DNA of 64,000 nt from an uncultured bacterium (GCA_965369655.1 CBDUQR010000003.1:43225-107224), one strand, 5' to 3'. Numbered from the stretch's first letter, positions 1 through 10,141 are shown. Made by a program: numbers and translations. Notes: generated by a model not told the origin, from the letters alone.

Positions 1-717
1 ACATCCGAGTTGACATCGAACAGCGTATCGGGCGCTGTCACTGATGCTGCCGGCAATCCGCCGGGCGACAGTTCGTCGGCTGTATCAGTAATACTCACGT
101 TCCCGGACGGGTCAGGCGGCACCACTAATTCTTCAATCACTGTTTCGTCGGGAGGATCGTTTTCGTTTTCGAATAGCATTCCCATCGGGAATCATATGAT
201 CCGGTCGGTCTACTCCGCTACAAGTGATACTGTTACAGCATATGTGTCTGTAATGCCTAACAGCGAATCATTTGCCAGCATGAGGTTCCCAGGCGCGCTC
301 TGGGCGGCCTCAGGTGGTGGCGGTGGAAGCGGGGGGCTCGAATATGTTACCGGCTCGGCATCATGTCCCGGAGCTCAGAACGATGAAGTTCAATTCAACA
401 TCCGCAACAGCGGCTCGACCAGTATAAGCGTGAGTTGGCTTGTTGCAACATACAGTCACACTCCCACATCCTATTTTCAGAAAGTGTGGTGGGGAAGCGA
501 TCAGGTATTCAATTCTCCAAATCCGAGAGCCGCATCCGGAGATATGATCTCCTTCAATTCCAATAAATCAATCGGAGCATCGTCGACTGAGACAATCAGG
601 CTTGAGATGTTCAGGGATTCCCAATCCGGCGGAGGATCCTCAGTCGACATGACGAATACCGACTTCACGATTACATTCAGCGACGGCTCTGTCATAACAT
701 TCAACTCCGGAACATAG
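1..717 (+). CDS. 5'-truncated secreted/pilus-associated protein (Ser/Gly-rich, beta-sandwich-like C-terminus); possibly the C-terminal part of a minor pilin/pseudopilin
   Basis: Frame is open from position 1. Ser/Thr/Gly-rich with a GGGGGSGG linker. Directly upstream of PilM/N/O/P/secretin-like genes. Confidence 0.5.
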   Translation, partial: TSELTSNSVSGAVTDAAGNPPGDSSSAVSVILTFPDGSGGTTNSSITVSSGGSFSFSNSIPIGNHMIRSVYSATSDTVTAYVSVMPNSESFASMRFPGALWAASGGGGGSGGLEYVTGSASCPGAQNDEVQFNIRNSGSTSISVSWLVATYSHTPTSYFQKVWWGSDQVFNSPNPRAASGDMISFNSNKSIGASSTETIRLEMFRDSQSGGGSSVDMTNTDFTITFSDGSVITFNSGT

Positions 718-765
718 TATCATGTCCCAGGAATCCATTCACAATAAAAAGCGGCATATTAAATC

Positions 766-814
766 GTGGCATGGGCATCTTGCCCATGATTCACGGGCAG
801 GATGCCCATGCTAC
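766..814. repeat. REP-like palindrome doublet (GTGG/GTAG-tagged)
   Basis: GTGGCATGGGCATCTTGCCCATG-ATT-CACGGGCAGGATGCCCATGCTAC: two inverted hairpin units with GTGG and GTAG (reverse strand) termini, intergenic. Confidence 0.8.
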
Positions 815-857
815 TATAAAAGAATATATGAACATATATCCGGGACACGACAATAGG

Positions 858-2483
858 ATGCATCCCGAAATAGCGCCATCGAATCCTGTCGAAGCAGAGA
901 TCCAGCGGAACGACGACCTTACCGGTATGCCCAAAGCTGATTGTCCCATGCTTTTCGTTATTGAACTCGGCGAGGAGAGTCTCTCGTGGACAATCGTCTC
1001 GCGCAGCAGGAAAAAGAACCGACCGATGCATCGGGGAGGGGTCGAACTCGGGTACGGTGATATCGATAGCCTCAGCCAATGGTTCGAGCATTTCTGGGAT
1101 GCTGCGGGAGACTACGACCACGAAATACATCTGGTAGTGACAGGACCAGAGACACTCGAACGTACTTTTGTAATCCCTGCCGTCCCGAAATCCGAGTTGG
1201 CCGTAGTCGTGAAGAGTCAGGCTAAGAAGGTTTATCCGCTAAATATCGAAAAAGGCCTTTTCGGGTGGAAGGTAATAGGCAAAGTAGAGAGAGCTACCGG
1301 AGAGAAATACCAGATATATTCGCTGCTGCTGGGCGACCACTGGTATGACTGGCTGAAGAAGATTTTTGGAACATGCATGAACTGCGTAACTCTTATCACA
1401 TCAAGCGGCCAGCAGTTCGAGACTCTTCTGAACGAGACCGAATCGAAGTTCAAATCAGAGGATTCTTATCTGATCAGACTGAAATCCAATGTTGTAGAGA
1501 CAGGATTCTTCCATAACGGATATCTCGAATTCTTCCGTGAGGTCCCGGTTGACAGCCTTTCAGACGACGGAACGGTAGCCGAACTCAGGCGAATCGTAGG
1601 AATCGAAGAACAGGCGGCGGAAGATTCTGAGCCGGATCGCGACCTGGTAGTGAACGAACTGAGATCGATTATTGTTGATGCACTCGACTACTACCAGGGT
1701 CAGTTCGGACAACGCAGAATCAACTCGGCGTATCTCTGTATGCCGGGCATATTCTCCGATCCTGTGACAGATTTTGTGCAGTCGACGTTCGGAACAGATG
1801 TGGTCAACCTGTGCGACAAAGAGAGGGTGGCTGCCCACTGTAAGCTGGCTGGAGTAGAGACGGCATCTTATTCATATTCGTCGTGGGCAACGACGTTTCC
1901 GAAAAGAAAGATCGGCCGCAACCTGCTGAATCTCGTTCCGGAAACAATCAAGAGCAGAAAGAAAGAGATCGGCCGTTTTCGCTGTAGTTGGATGGGACTC
2001 GCACTGGTACTGATTACGATCTCCGTGCTTTCCGGTGTGAAGATGGTCACGACTAATTCTATCAACGAGAGGTTGCTTGAATACCGAGCAATGATCGCCG
2101 ACGTGGAGTCGTCACCAACTCTCTCCACGCTGACAGAACGCAAGATGTGGATCGACGAACTGACGGAGAGTTATTCACAGATTTACAGCGAATCCCGTTC
2201 GAGTTTCAAAGCTCCGCTTCAAATTCTTTCGCATCAAAGCGCTGATGTCGTGCGATTGAACTCAGTGACTATTGATTACGGTTCCTCCGGTGAATCTACG
2301 GTGGAAATCGAGGGCGAGGTGATCGGCGCTGTTGATCGTCAGGAAGCGGTTCTCTACATGTACTTGTCAAATATCGAGAACCATCCGGCGGTACGGGAGT
2401 TCGAGTTGACGAGCAAGGGGACTTCCACCCAGTTTGGAGTGAAAAAGACGAGTTTCAGTCTCAGATTGGTGGTACGGTCTTGA
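858..2483 (+). CDS. PilM-like/PilN-like fused pilus (or T2SS GspL-like) assembly protein
   Basis: PilM-like cytoplasmic region (ELRSIIVDALDYYQGQF), LNLVP motif, one TM helix and a PilN-like periplasmic C-terminus. Start uncertain (828/858/927); the 771 ATG lies inside a REP. Confidence 0.7.
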   Translation: MHPEIAPSNPVEAEIQRNDDLTGMPKADCPMLFVIELGEESLSWTIVSRSRKKNRPMHRGGVELGYGDIDSLSQWFEHFWDAAGDYDHEIHLVVTGPETLERTFVIPAVPKSELAVVVKSQAKKVYPLNIEKGLFGWKVIGKVERATGEKYQIYSLLLGDHWYDWLKKIFGTCMNCVTLITSSGQQFETLLNETESKFKSEDSYLIRLKSNVVETGFFHNGYLEFFREVPVDSLSDDGTVAELRRIVGIEEQAAEDSEPDRDLVVNELRSIIVDALDYYQGQFGQRRINSAYLCMPGIFSDPVTDFVQSTFGTDVVNLCDKERVAAHCKLAGVETASYSYSSWATTFPKRKIGRNLLNLVPETIKSRKKEIGRFRCSWMGLALVLITISVLSGVKMVTTNSINERLLEYRAMIADVESSPTLSTLTERKMWIDELTESYSQIYSESRSSFKAPLQILSHQSADVVRLNSVTIDYGSSGESTVEIEGEVIGAVDRQEAVLYMYLSNIENHPAVREFELTSKGTSTQFGVKKTSFSLRLVVRS

Positions 2484-3061
2484 TCCAACAGATAGTTAAA
2501 CACAGGGTTGTGCTGACGATAGCTTTGTCGGTCGCTGTTGTCGTAACGTGGTTTTTCCTATTGTATTATCCTCAGACAGGCAGAGAATGTGCGCTGATCG
2601 AAGAACGTGAGTCGATTATCAGGAAGCTCGACCTGGCGAGCATGCGACTTCATGAAGCCCGGACGGTGACGTCTAGTCTAAGCGATATTGAATCCAAGTG
2701 GGACCAGTTGCGATCCAGCCTCGTTCATCCAGACAGCGTGGAAACAATCATAAAGAAAATCCGGACTATCGCCTCCAAACAGAACCTGAAGTTGCTATCC
2801 GTTGACCTCAATTTTGATCCGCTCCTAGATAAGATTGGGGGCGAGGACCTGATGCTTTCTATCAACAGGGTGCGGCTCGATGTGGAAGGCAAGGGCCGCT
2901 TTTTCGATATTGGCGATTTCATTGGAGTCCTCGAAGAGGAAGTGCTGGTCGCGGGCATAGACAAGCTGGAGCTCGCTTATCAGGAACTGATCAATCCCAG
3001 GATATATTTCTCGCTCGAACTCGAGGTCTTCATATTGTCGGAAGAAGGAGAAACGAATTGA
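2480..3061 (+). CDS. pilO: PilO-like pilus assembly protein
   Basis: N-terminal TM, coiled coil, 'LDVEGKGRFFDIGDFIGVLE' PilO/GspM-type motif, operon position. Confidence 0.7.
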   Translation: MIQQIVKHRVVLTIALSVAVVVTWFFLLYYPQTGRECALIEERESIIRKLDLASMRLHEARTVTSSLSDIESKWDQLRSSLVHPDSVETIIKKIRTIASKQNLKLLSVDLNFDPLLDKIGGEDLMLSINRVRLDVEGKGRFFDIGDFIGVLEEEVLVAGIDKLELAYQELINPRIYFSLELEVFILSEEGETN

Positions 3062-3528
3062 TGTCTGATAAGCGCAGAAAAATCATTGTATTCTCGATCC
3101 TGGCCATTGCCATAGTCTGGGGAATCTGGAACAACCCGCTGTCGTCGAAAAAAGAGACGAGGCAGTCGGAGGAGCAGCCTGCGGTTCGGGGTGAAGCGGA
3201 CATACCGGATGCCAGTGAACCGGCCATGAATGCGGCGGCTGCGCCTGACAGGTCGGAAGAGAGCATGCTTGACGGATGGAAAGGCGATCCATTCAGGAGA
3301 AAGATCGTCTCTCGGACGGTTGCTGCGCCTGCACGGATTAACAAAGATGAGACATTGAAGCTGTCGGCAATATCAACTCAGGGGAGCAATTCGATGGCGA
3401 TAATAAACGGCAAGGTCCTGAGCAGGGACGGCGTTATCGATGGCTGGGCGGTAGCTGAGATCGACGCCGAGTCTGTGCTGCTCGTGAAAGGATCGAGGAA
3501 TCTCAAGTTGAATCTGAAGCGGAGATGA
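3061..3528 (+). CDS. PilP/GspB-like assembly protein
   Basis: N-terminal TM, 'DPF' motif, 'LKLSAI...AIING...GWAVAEI' beta domain; lies between pilO and the secretin. Confidence 0.6.
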   Translation: MSDKRRKIIVFSILAIAIVWGIWNNPLSSKKETRQSEEQPAVRGEADIPDASEPAMNAAAAPDRSEESMLDGWKGDPFRRKIVSRTVAAPARINKDETLKLSAISTQGSNSMAIINGKVLSRDGVIDGWAVAEIDAESVLLVKGSRNLKLNLKRR

Positions 3529-4808
3529 ATATGAAACAGTTTGGATTGTGGAATATACTTGTGCCAGCCACCCTGATCTTGATCTATTCCTGGGCCGGTG
3601 TTGCCTTGGGCATCGATCGGGCCGAGATGGATCAGACGCGAGTCAGCGTGACGATTGAGGAAGGGGCTGTCGTCGACATTCTGAAATTGCTTGCTATGCA
3701 AAACAATTTCAATCTGTCGGTTTCGAGTCAGGTCGAGGACTTTGTGACAATTTCGCTAACCGATGTATCTCTGACGGATGCGCTGGATGTCATCACTTCG
3801 GCAGTTGCGGCGTCATGGTATATCGCAGGCAGCGTAGTTGTCGTGAAGCCTCTGGGACAGATGGACCTGCGCGAGTTCGAGACAAAAATCATCAGGCTGC
3901 AACACATACCGGCTGACGCGGCAAAGACAATTATCACTCCAGTGATTCCCCAGGGTGGGGCGGTGGAGGTCCTGTCTCGCCGAGGTGAGTCCAGTTCGCG
4001 CGGCTGGGACGAGTTTATCGAGATTCGCACGTATGCGGCAGCGATGGAAGAAGCTGAACGACTCATTGAGCAGATCGATGTAGAGAGGCCTATGGTCGAA
4101 ATCGAAGTCAGGATCATCGAGACCACAGTGCGTGACGAGAGCAAACTCGGTCTCGATTTCCCGGAGAACTACTCGGTCAGGTTTGGTGACCTCGATGATG
4201 ACGAACTCGAACTGGAGGGTCTTGTCACGCGATCCTTCGAGACCGGAAGTGTGACGTGGGGGCGCATGACAGCTCAGGACGTGACGCTGTATCTCGACCT
4301 GCTCATCAGAAATGGCAACTCGAAACTGATCTCGAATCCGAGGGTGACTACACTGTCGAACCAGGAGGCGGAGATCGAGGTCTCTACCACGATTCCGGTC
4401 GAGACCCTGAACAGATTCTCAGAAGCGGGCGTCGTGCAGGATATCGTGTCGTTCCAGGATCTCGATGTCAGCATCAAACTCAAGGTTACGCCGCGCGTCA
4501 GCGATGATTCAACCATTACGCTCGATGTGGCATCGGTGGTTGAAGAAATAGCGGGCTACACCGGTCCTGCAGACAATCAGCGCCCGATAACATCGCGAAG
4601 ATCGGTGACATCGTCCGTGACAATTAAGTCTGGCGAATCGCTCGGGCTTGGTGGTCTAATGAAAGAGGTTGAACACAAAACAATAAGTAAGATTCCGATC
4701 CTTGGATCGATTCCGGTTATCGGCAGGATTTTCCAGCATCACAGCACGACAACAGAGAAGACCGACCTGACGATACTGATCACACCGCGCATTTTGGGCG
4801 AAAGCTAA
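3525..4808 (+). CDS. Type II/IV secretion secretin (PilQ/GspD family, short form)
   Basis: Signal peptide, N-domains, secretin motifs 'MVEIEVRIIE', 'ISNPRVTTLSNQEAEI', 'KIPILGSIPVIGRIF', 'LTILITPRI'. Confidence 0.92.
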   Translation: MNMKQFGLWNILVPATLILIYSWAGVALGIDRAEMDQTRVSVTIEEGAVVDILKLLAMQNNFNLSVSSQVEDFVTISLTDVSLTDALDVITSAVAASWYIAGSVVVVKPLGQMDLREFETKIIRLQHIPADAAKTIITPVIPQGGAVEVLSRRGESSSRGWDEFIEIRTYAAAMEEAERLIEQIDVERPMVEIEVRIIETTVRDESKLGLDFPENYSVRFGDLDDDELELEGLVTRSFETGSVTWGRMTAQDVTLYLDLLIRNGNSKLISNPRVTTLSNQEAEIEVSTTIPVETLNRFSEAGVVQDIVSFQDLDVSIKLKVTPRVSDDSTITLDVASVVEEIAGYTGPADNQRPITSRRSVTSSVTIKSGESLGLGGLMKEVEHKTISKIPILGSIPVIGRIFQHHSTTTEKTDLTILITPRILGES

Positions 4809-4816
4809 GTACTATT

Positions 4817-4894
4817 GTATGTCACGCTTGATGGGGCGTGACGCCTCAAACTCGTCTGGCTCGTGCGCGGCAGATGTGGACATCTGCCGCGCAC
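4817..4894. repeat. REP-like hairpins; may terminate the convergent transcripts
   Basis: GTCACGC-N8-GCGTGAC (4821-4842) and a perfect 15-bp stem GTGCGCGGCAGATGT-GG-ACATCTGCCGCGCAC (4863-4894). Confidence 0.7.
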
Positions 4895-4941
4895 AAACAA
4901 CCGCTGAGTCGCTCAAGTTATGTTTGTCCTGGGATTGTAGC

Positions 4942-5916
4942 TCACTTATTGTACCTGCGGAATATAGGCGAATCGTCAGACCAGCCTTTCCATTTGAAAA
5001 AGGGTCCCGCCAAGTAGGTCAACGACTCGAGTTCACCTGATTTGAGAAACACAAGCTGCCACTTTGCTACCTCTATATGCTCGACGTAGGTACATATTGT
5101 TACAGTGTCTCTCGTATCACCAATGGCGATGATAGGAGCATGAAAAGACATACTGTCTCTAAGTTGAGATCGGTCAAGCGCCCTCTTGAGGTAGTCATCA
5201 CCTAATGCTCTGATATCTCCAACCAACGCTGAATCAAATGAAGCATTTGATACTAAGAGACGATGGTTGTAGATGTCATCTTTCTCCTGCCCCATTGCCC
5301 TGAGCCTCCGCCATGTGGGTGCATATGCAAGATCATCATATGAATGCAATATGTGCAGGGGGGATGTTCGATACTTGGCAACAAGAATGACCACTGAACG
5401 ACATAACATGGAAATACCAGTAAGTGAATCAGAACTGGCAGCAACAAGCAGGTTGAAACTCTTTTCGGTGGTTGATCCAATCTCGTCCGACAAGCAACAT
5501 ACATACTCTGATTCAGGCAAATATCCTACGAGTAAATGGCCTAACTCCCGGACTCGGTACCTTAGCAAACGAAAAGAGTTCTGTCCAAAACTATAAATCG
5601 ACATAAGCCTGAATGATTCTTCGCTAAAGCCATTGTCTGCCAATATTGATCCTGAGTACTTCTCAGCGTAGGCAGAGATGCACGGAAAAAGTTGTTGAAT
5701 GAACTCACTCCTAACACAGAGAGAAGATATTGAATGTTCGAGATCTAAGGAGTCGGGATGTGTGAAGTCAACTATCTTAGCCGTATCATCATAGCTGGGC
5801 CAGAACACTTGGATATCAATATCACAGGTCTGTGTTCCAGCACTCAAATGAAGCTCATCGCCTTGTCCACTCGAAACAGCAATCAAACACATTAGAAAAA
5901 CCAGTGTGTAAATCAT
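4942..5916 (-). CDS. Hypothetical exported protein
   Basis: 324-aa ORF with a signal-peptide-like N-terminus. Visibly more AT-rich than its neighbours. No family recognised. Confidence 0.6.
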   Translation of the reverse strand: MIYTLVFLMCLIAVSSGQGDELHLSAGTQTCDIDIQVFWPSYDDTAKIVDFTHPDSLDLEHSISSLCVRSEFIQQLFPCISAYAEKYSGSILADNGFSEESFRLMSIYSFGQNSFRLLRYRVRELGHLLVGYLPESEYVCCLSDEIGSTTEKSFNLLVAASSDSLTGISMLCRSVVILVAKYRTSPLHILHSYDDLAYAPTWRRLRAMGQEKDDIYNHRLLVSNASFDSALVGDIRALGDDYLKRALDRSQLRDSMSFHAPIIAIGDTRDTVTICTYVEHIEVAKWQLVFLKSGELESLTYLAGPFFKWKGWSDDSPIFRRYNK

Positions 5917-5925
5917 AACATTCCT

Positions 5926-5950
5926 TCAAACGCCAAGGCGTTTGACCTAC
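5926..5950 (-). repeat. GTAG-tagged REP-like hairpin
   Basis: Minus strand GTAG-GTCAAACGCC-TT-GGCGTTTGA. Confidence 0.65.
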
Positions 5951-5970
5951 AAGAAAATGCCAATGTCAGC

Positions 5971-7956
5971 CTACTTCTTCCCTTTCAGATACTTATCAAA
6001 CCATTTCAATATCCACTCAAGCCGAGCGATTCGTCTGTCTGGGCGGCCACCGCGTGAGAGGCCGTGCGGTTCGCCCGGGAATCGTACCATCTCGACCGGT
6101 CGTTTCAACATCTTGAGTGCGATGAACATCTGCTCACCCTGCTCGATCGGGCAGCGCAGGTCCTGTTCGGAGTGGATCACAAGAAGCGGCGTCCTGCAGT
6201 TGCGGACATGTTTGATTGGCGACATCTCCCACCAGTCGTCCGTATCCGTGTATGGCGATCCTTTGATTTCGCGCGCAATATTGAAACCTATGTCGGATGA
6301 TCCGTAGAATGAAATGAAATTCGACAACGATCTCTGTGTTACTGCCGCGCTGAAAAACTGCGTGTGAGTGACAATCCAGTTGGTCATGTAGCCGCCGTAA
6401 CTTCCGCCCGTCACACCCATTTTCTTTGGGTCGATATATTTCATGTCAGCCATATATCGTGCCATCGACATGCAATCCTCGTAATCGAGGCTGCCCCATT
6501 TGCTGACAATACACTCCGCGTGCTCCCGCCCGTAGCCCTGCCCGCCGCGCGGATTGCAGTAATATACGACATAGCCCTGAGCCGCAAGGTACTGCATCTC
6601 ATGGAAAAAGCTGTAGCCGTACTGCACTCTCGGCCCGCCATGAATCTGCATGATCGACGGGTATTTTCTCTTCGGATTGAAATTCGGCGGCATGAGTATC
6701 CATCCATGTATCGGGTAACCGTCGTGCCCGCGCACGATGATCTCTTTCGGCCTCCTGACATCGAGTTTTCTGAGAATATCACGATTCAGACTGGTCAATT
6801 GCTTCGGCCTCGAACCGGCGGCGACTCCCGATACACAGACTTCCGCAGGCGCAGTCGGAGTCGCAATCACGGCTGCAATCGAATTCCCTCTGCCCGCCAT
6901 CGATGCAGACTTGACATGGAGCTTGCCAGAGATCACTGTAGTGAAGTTCCGACCGCCCGCCGTCACCGAGCAGACATGCGTCGCGCCGGAAGTTGAGATC
7001 ATAAAGTACAACCGCTTGCCATCGGGTGACCAGTGCGGGCGCATCATGCCGAAACCCTCGCCGCTGTCGGAGATGGTCAAGTCAAAAGTCATTCGGTCGA
7101 GTTTCGGAGTCAGATCGGTTGCCGTTCCAACCGCAACGGGGACTTTCCAAACATGGTAGTTCGTCACTCCCCACGCATCGTTCGGCTCATCGTGACCCAC
7201 AAATGCTATGAACCTGGCGTCAGGTGAAACCGAGAGCGCCCAGGATGGTCCGTCAGGCTTGTTCAGTCTGCGTGGCTTCCCACCGCTGGTCGAGACGATA
7301 AAGATGTCGTCCTTCAGGCTGTCGCGATCAGAATCTCTCTGAGTGTTCGATATGAATGCGATGCGTCTACTGTCCGGGAACCACACCGGCGACCGCTCGC
7401 CGTTCCGCATGTTAACTATCCGTTTGCCTTTGCCGGTGTCGATGTCATAGAGATAGATATGCCCACGATCCTTAGGAAGGAATCCTGCGCCATCGAACTT
7501 GTAGAAAAGGCGCGTAATATGCCTGTAAACCGGCTCCTCTTTCTTGCCCTTCTTGTCTTTCGGCAGTTTATCCGCTTTGGCAAACACACAGAGGATTTTC
7601 CTGCTGTCAGGCGAAACAGAGATGTCCGAAAATGATCCGTCCGACTCGACAAGAAGCTTCGCTTCGCCCCCTGATGTCGGCATTCGATATATGCCCTTTT
7701 TCTCTCCTCGTTTTGAGAGGAACACTATCCATTCGCCGTCCGGTGAAAATACCGGCGCACTGTCGGACACTTCACCAAACGTGTATTGTTTCAGATCAGA
7801 GCCGTCGGTGTTGACAATGTAGATATGCGAGAAGTATTTCTTTTCGGACACAGTCGAAGCCGTAAACATGATCCTCGACTCATCCGGGGACATTGCAACA
7901 CAGGTTACGAACTTGAGCTTTCGCAGGTCCTCTGCAGTGATCTTACTCTTTTTCAT
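5971..7956 (-). CDS. S9 family peptidase (acylaminoacyl/dipeptidyl peptidase-like)
   Basis: Beta-propeller with SPDG repeats, IHGGP, nucleophile GGSYGG, catalytic Asp (EQDLRC) and His (EPHG). Confidence 0.93.
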   Translation of the reverse strand: MKKSKITAEDLRKLKFVTCVAMSPDESRIMFTASTVSEKKYFSHIYIVNTDGSDLKQYTFGEVSDSAPVFSPDGEWIVFLSKRGEKKGIYRMPTSGGEAKLLVESDGSFSDISVSPDSRKILCVFAKADKLPKDKKGKKEEPVYRHITRLFYKFDGAGFLPKDRGHIYLYDIDTGKGKRIVNMRNGERSPVWFPDSRRIAFISNTQRDSDRDSLKDDIFIVSTSGGKPRRLNKPDGPSWALSVSPDARFIAFVGHDEPNDAWGVTNYHVWKVPVAVGTATDLTPKLDRMTFDLTISDSGEGFGMMRPHWSPDGKRLYFMISTSGATHVCSVTAGGRNFTTVISGKLHVKSASMAGRGNSIAAVIATPTAPAEVCVSGVAAGSRPKQLTSLNRDILRKLDVRRPKEIIVRGHDGYPIHGWILMPPNFNPKRKYPSIMQIHGGPRVQYGYSFFHEMQYLAAQGYVVYYCNPRGGQGYGREHAECIVSKWGSLDYEDCMSMARYMADMKYIDPKKMGVTGGSYGGYMTNWIVTHTQFFSAAVTQRSLSNFISFYGSSDIGFNIAREIKGSPYTDTDDWWEMSPIKHVRNCRTPLLVIHSEQDLRCPIEQGEQMFIALKMLKRPVEMVRFPGEPHGLSRGGRPDRRIARLEWILKWFDKYLKGKK

Positions 7957-8059
7957 CGGAGGACGCTCCTTGTGAGTTCGGGCTTAGGCATATCTTACAA
8001 ACCTGCAGTGACAAAAGCAACGCTTGAACATTCATTCGTCTAAGCTCCGAGGCTGCTTT

Positions 8060-9292
8060 TCATTGACTTGACAGGTGCCGGGAGCTGTGCGTTGCGGCCA
8101 CACGCATGGCAGTGCCGAGTCCTATGCCGACGAGTAGGTTTGTCAGATTGAATATCTCCTCGTCCGAGAAATGGCATTCCAGCACCGACGAGATGCACAG
8201 GAAGATCAGCGAGTAGAATGCTCCCGCTACGAAAGGATCCGCCAGCCTTTCCCCCGTCCAGGCGATGGACGAAAGCAGCCGCCGGAAGATGATAACGAGT
8301 ATTGCGATGAAAGCAGTGAAACCGAGGATGCCGGTCGTCGAGAGAACCTCCAGATACTGGTTGTGCGCATGAGCGGCAGGGGCAAGGTCCGGCGATGATT
8401 TCCACAGCTCGAACGCAGCCGTGAATGCTCCCGGTCCGATCCCGAGAATCGGGTTCTGCAGGAAGAAATCGACAGCCGCTTTGACAAAAGTGAACCTGAG
8501 AGAAAATGTACTCATGATCACGGTGTCTTTGAAAGCGTGACTTATGAGAGAGACAAGCTCAGGAAGAAAGAGCAGAGTTGCCACAACGACCAGGACAAAA
8601 ATCGATATCAGGTGAATGATATATTTCCGCTGGCGCAGGACAAACAGGGCGCCGGTAAGAGCGGCTGCAACAAGTCCTCCGCGAGCATGAGTCAGGACAA
8701 GCGCAACAACCAGCAAGAGCAAGACCAGCAAAAGAGCGGAACGGAACCGTTTTGTCTTTTCCGACAGGAACGGCAGGAGAAAGAACAAAGCCATGCCGTA
8801 GAAGCCGGAATATGTCAGGCTGTTGGAAAATGTACCCTTGATGCGAGGAGGAACTCCCGGCTTATGCATTGCCTGTCTGCCCAGAATTCCGTAATCATTG
8901 AAGTATTGCACTATCCCATTGATTGCGCCGAAAGCCACAGCAGCCATAAACAGATAGAGGTGGCCCTTTGTGAACATCCCTCTTCGACCCATGTAGATAC
9001 CAGCGAACAGGAATATGTATAACAACAAATGCCCGACTTCATTGATCGATTTCGGGTTGATCTCGCAGAGGAGCGCGGATACGAGCGAGATCAGAATATA
9101 GGCGACTACAGCATATAGAAGTGACGACTTGAACTCAGCAAATGCCCCGCAGACAGCCACATGAGCAAGCACGCCGAGTAGCAGTATCATGATGAATATC
9201 TCGGAGAAGGCAATCGAAAACGGAAGGAACAACACGACGCCGTACAGCGCGGGTCCGATCCAGTATTTCGATATGTTGTCAGCCGATACCAT
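8060..9292 (-). CDS. O-antigen ligase/Wzy_C family membrane protein
   Basis: Multi-TM; 'RIKGTFSN', 'THARGG', 'NPILGIGPGAF', 'HAHNQYLE' motifs. Start probably ATG 9292 rather than 9400. Confidence 0.85.
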   Translation of the reverse strand: MVSADNISKYWIGPALYGVVLFLPFSIAFSEIFIMILLLGVLAHVAVCGAFAEFKSSLLYAVVAYILISLVSALLCEINPKSINEVGHLLLYIFLFAGIYMGRRGMFTKGHLYLFMAAVAFGAINGIVQYFNDYGILGRQAMHKPGVPPRIKGTFSNSLTYSGFYGMALFFLLPFLSEKTKRFRSALLLVLLLLVVALVLTHARGGLVAAALTGALFVLRQRKYIIHLISIFVLVVVATLLFLPELVSLISHAFKDTVIMSTFSLRFTFVKAAVDFFLQNPILGIGPGAFTAAFELWKSSPDLAPAAHAHNQYLEVLSTTGILGFTAFIAILVIIFRRLLSSIAWTGERLADPFVAGAFYSLIFLCISSVLECHFSDEEIFNLTNLLVGIGLGTAMRVAATHSSRHLSSQ

Positions 9293-9521
9293 CAGCCGCT
9301 TGTCCTCTCTTTTGGCAGAACCCTTCGCGGAACGCCATCCTCGCTTCGAATCCGAGCTTCGTATAGACACGAACGGCCTGTTCGTTATCTTTTTCCACAT
9401 TTAGTCCTGCAAGATCATGGCTTCTCAGGAGCGCCACAACCGCCTCCGAAGTGACCCGGCAGGCCAGTCCCCTCTTCCTGTATTTTCTAAGCGACTTGTC
9501 GGTTACTCTTCGGAGTCGCAT
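9279..9521 (-). pseudogene. C-terminal half of a GNAT acetyltransferase
   Basis: 'YRKRGLA' acetyl-CoA motif A and 'LNVEKDNEQAVRVYTKLGF' motif B. No room for an N-terminal half: the gmhA stop is 26 bp upstream. Confidence 0.6.
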
Positions 9522-9547
9522 CGCTCGAATATCCCCGGTATCTGTCG

Positions 9548-10141
9548 CTATGCCTCGGGTGAGAGCGACGACTGGACCAGTTCGACGACCTGGTGGAGTA
9601 TGAATAGGTGTTCTTCCTGAATCCTCGTGACCGACTGCGATGGCACAACAATGCTGAAGTTGGCGATTTCAGCCAGTTCTCCACCACCCTTGCCGAGAAG
9701 CGCAGCTGTCTCGATCTGAATATCTTTCGCAGTCTTGACGGCATTGACGACATTGTCTGAATTGCCCGATGTGGACAGCGCAAGGAGCAGATCGCCCTTT
9801 CTTCCGATCGCCTCAACCTGTCTCGCGAATACTCTTTCGAAACCGTAGTCGTTGGAGCAGGCGGTGATAACCGATGTGTCGGAGGTCAGCGAGATCGCCG
9901 GAAGTGCGGATCGCTCGACCTTGGCGGTGAGCCTGACCACCATCTCAGCCGCGAAATGCTGACTCTCGGCAGCTGAACCACCGTTGCCGCAGATAAGAAT
10001 CTTGCCACCGCCGCTGATAGTCGACGATATCATCTGGGCCAGGAACACGATTTTCTCCGGGTAATCGTTCTTGCCGGCCAGCAACAGTCGTTCTTTCTCG
10101 GCTAATGCTTCTAACGTCGATTCACGCTCAGTCTCTGTCAC
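9548..10141 (-). CDS. gmhA: D-sedoheptulose-7-phosphate isomerase
   Basis: 'CGNGGSAAESQHFAAE', 'NDYGF', 'STSGNS', 'RIQEEH'; AAGGAGG RBS before the GTG start. Confidence 0.95.
   Translation of the reverse strand: MTETERESTLEALAEKERLLLAGKNDYPEKIVFLAQMISSTISGGGKILICGNGGSAAESQHFAAEMVVRLTAKVERSALPAISLTSDTSVITACSNDYGFERVFARQVEAIGRKGDLLLALSTSGNSDNVVNAVKTAKDIQIETAALLGKGGGELAEIANFSIVVPSQSVTRIQEEHLFILHQVVELVQSSLSPEA

Noticed and set aside
771-857. N-terminal extension of the PilMN ORF, and ORF 759-1130 on the minus strand
   Set aside because: The start lies inside a REP doublet; both strands give the same 'MGILP..HGQDAHAT' peptide because the DNA is palindromic.
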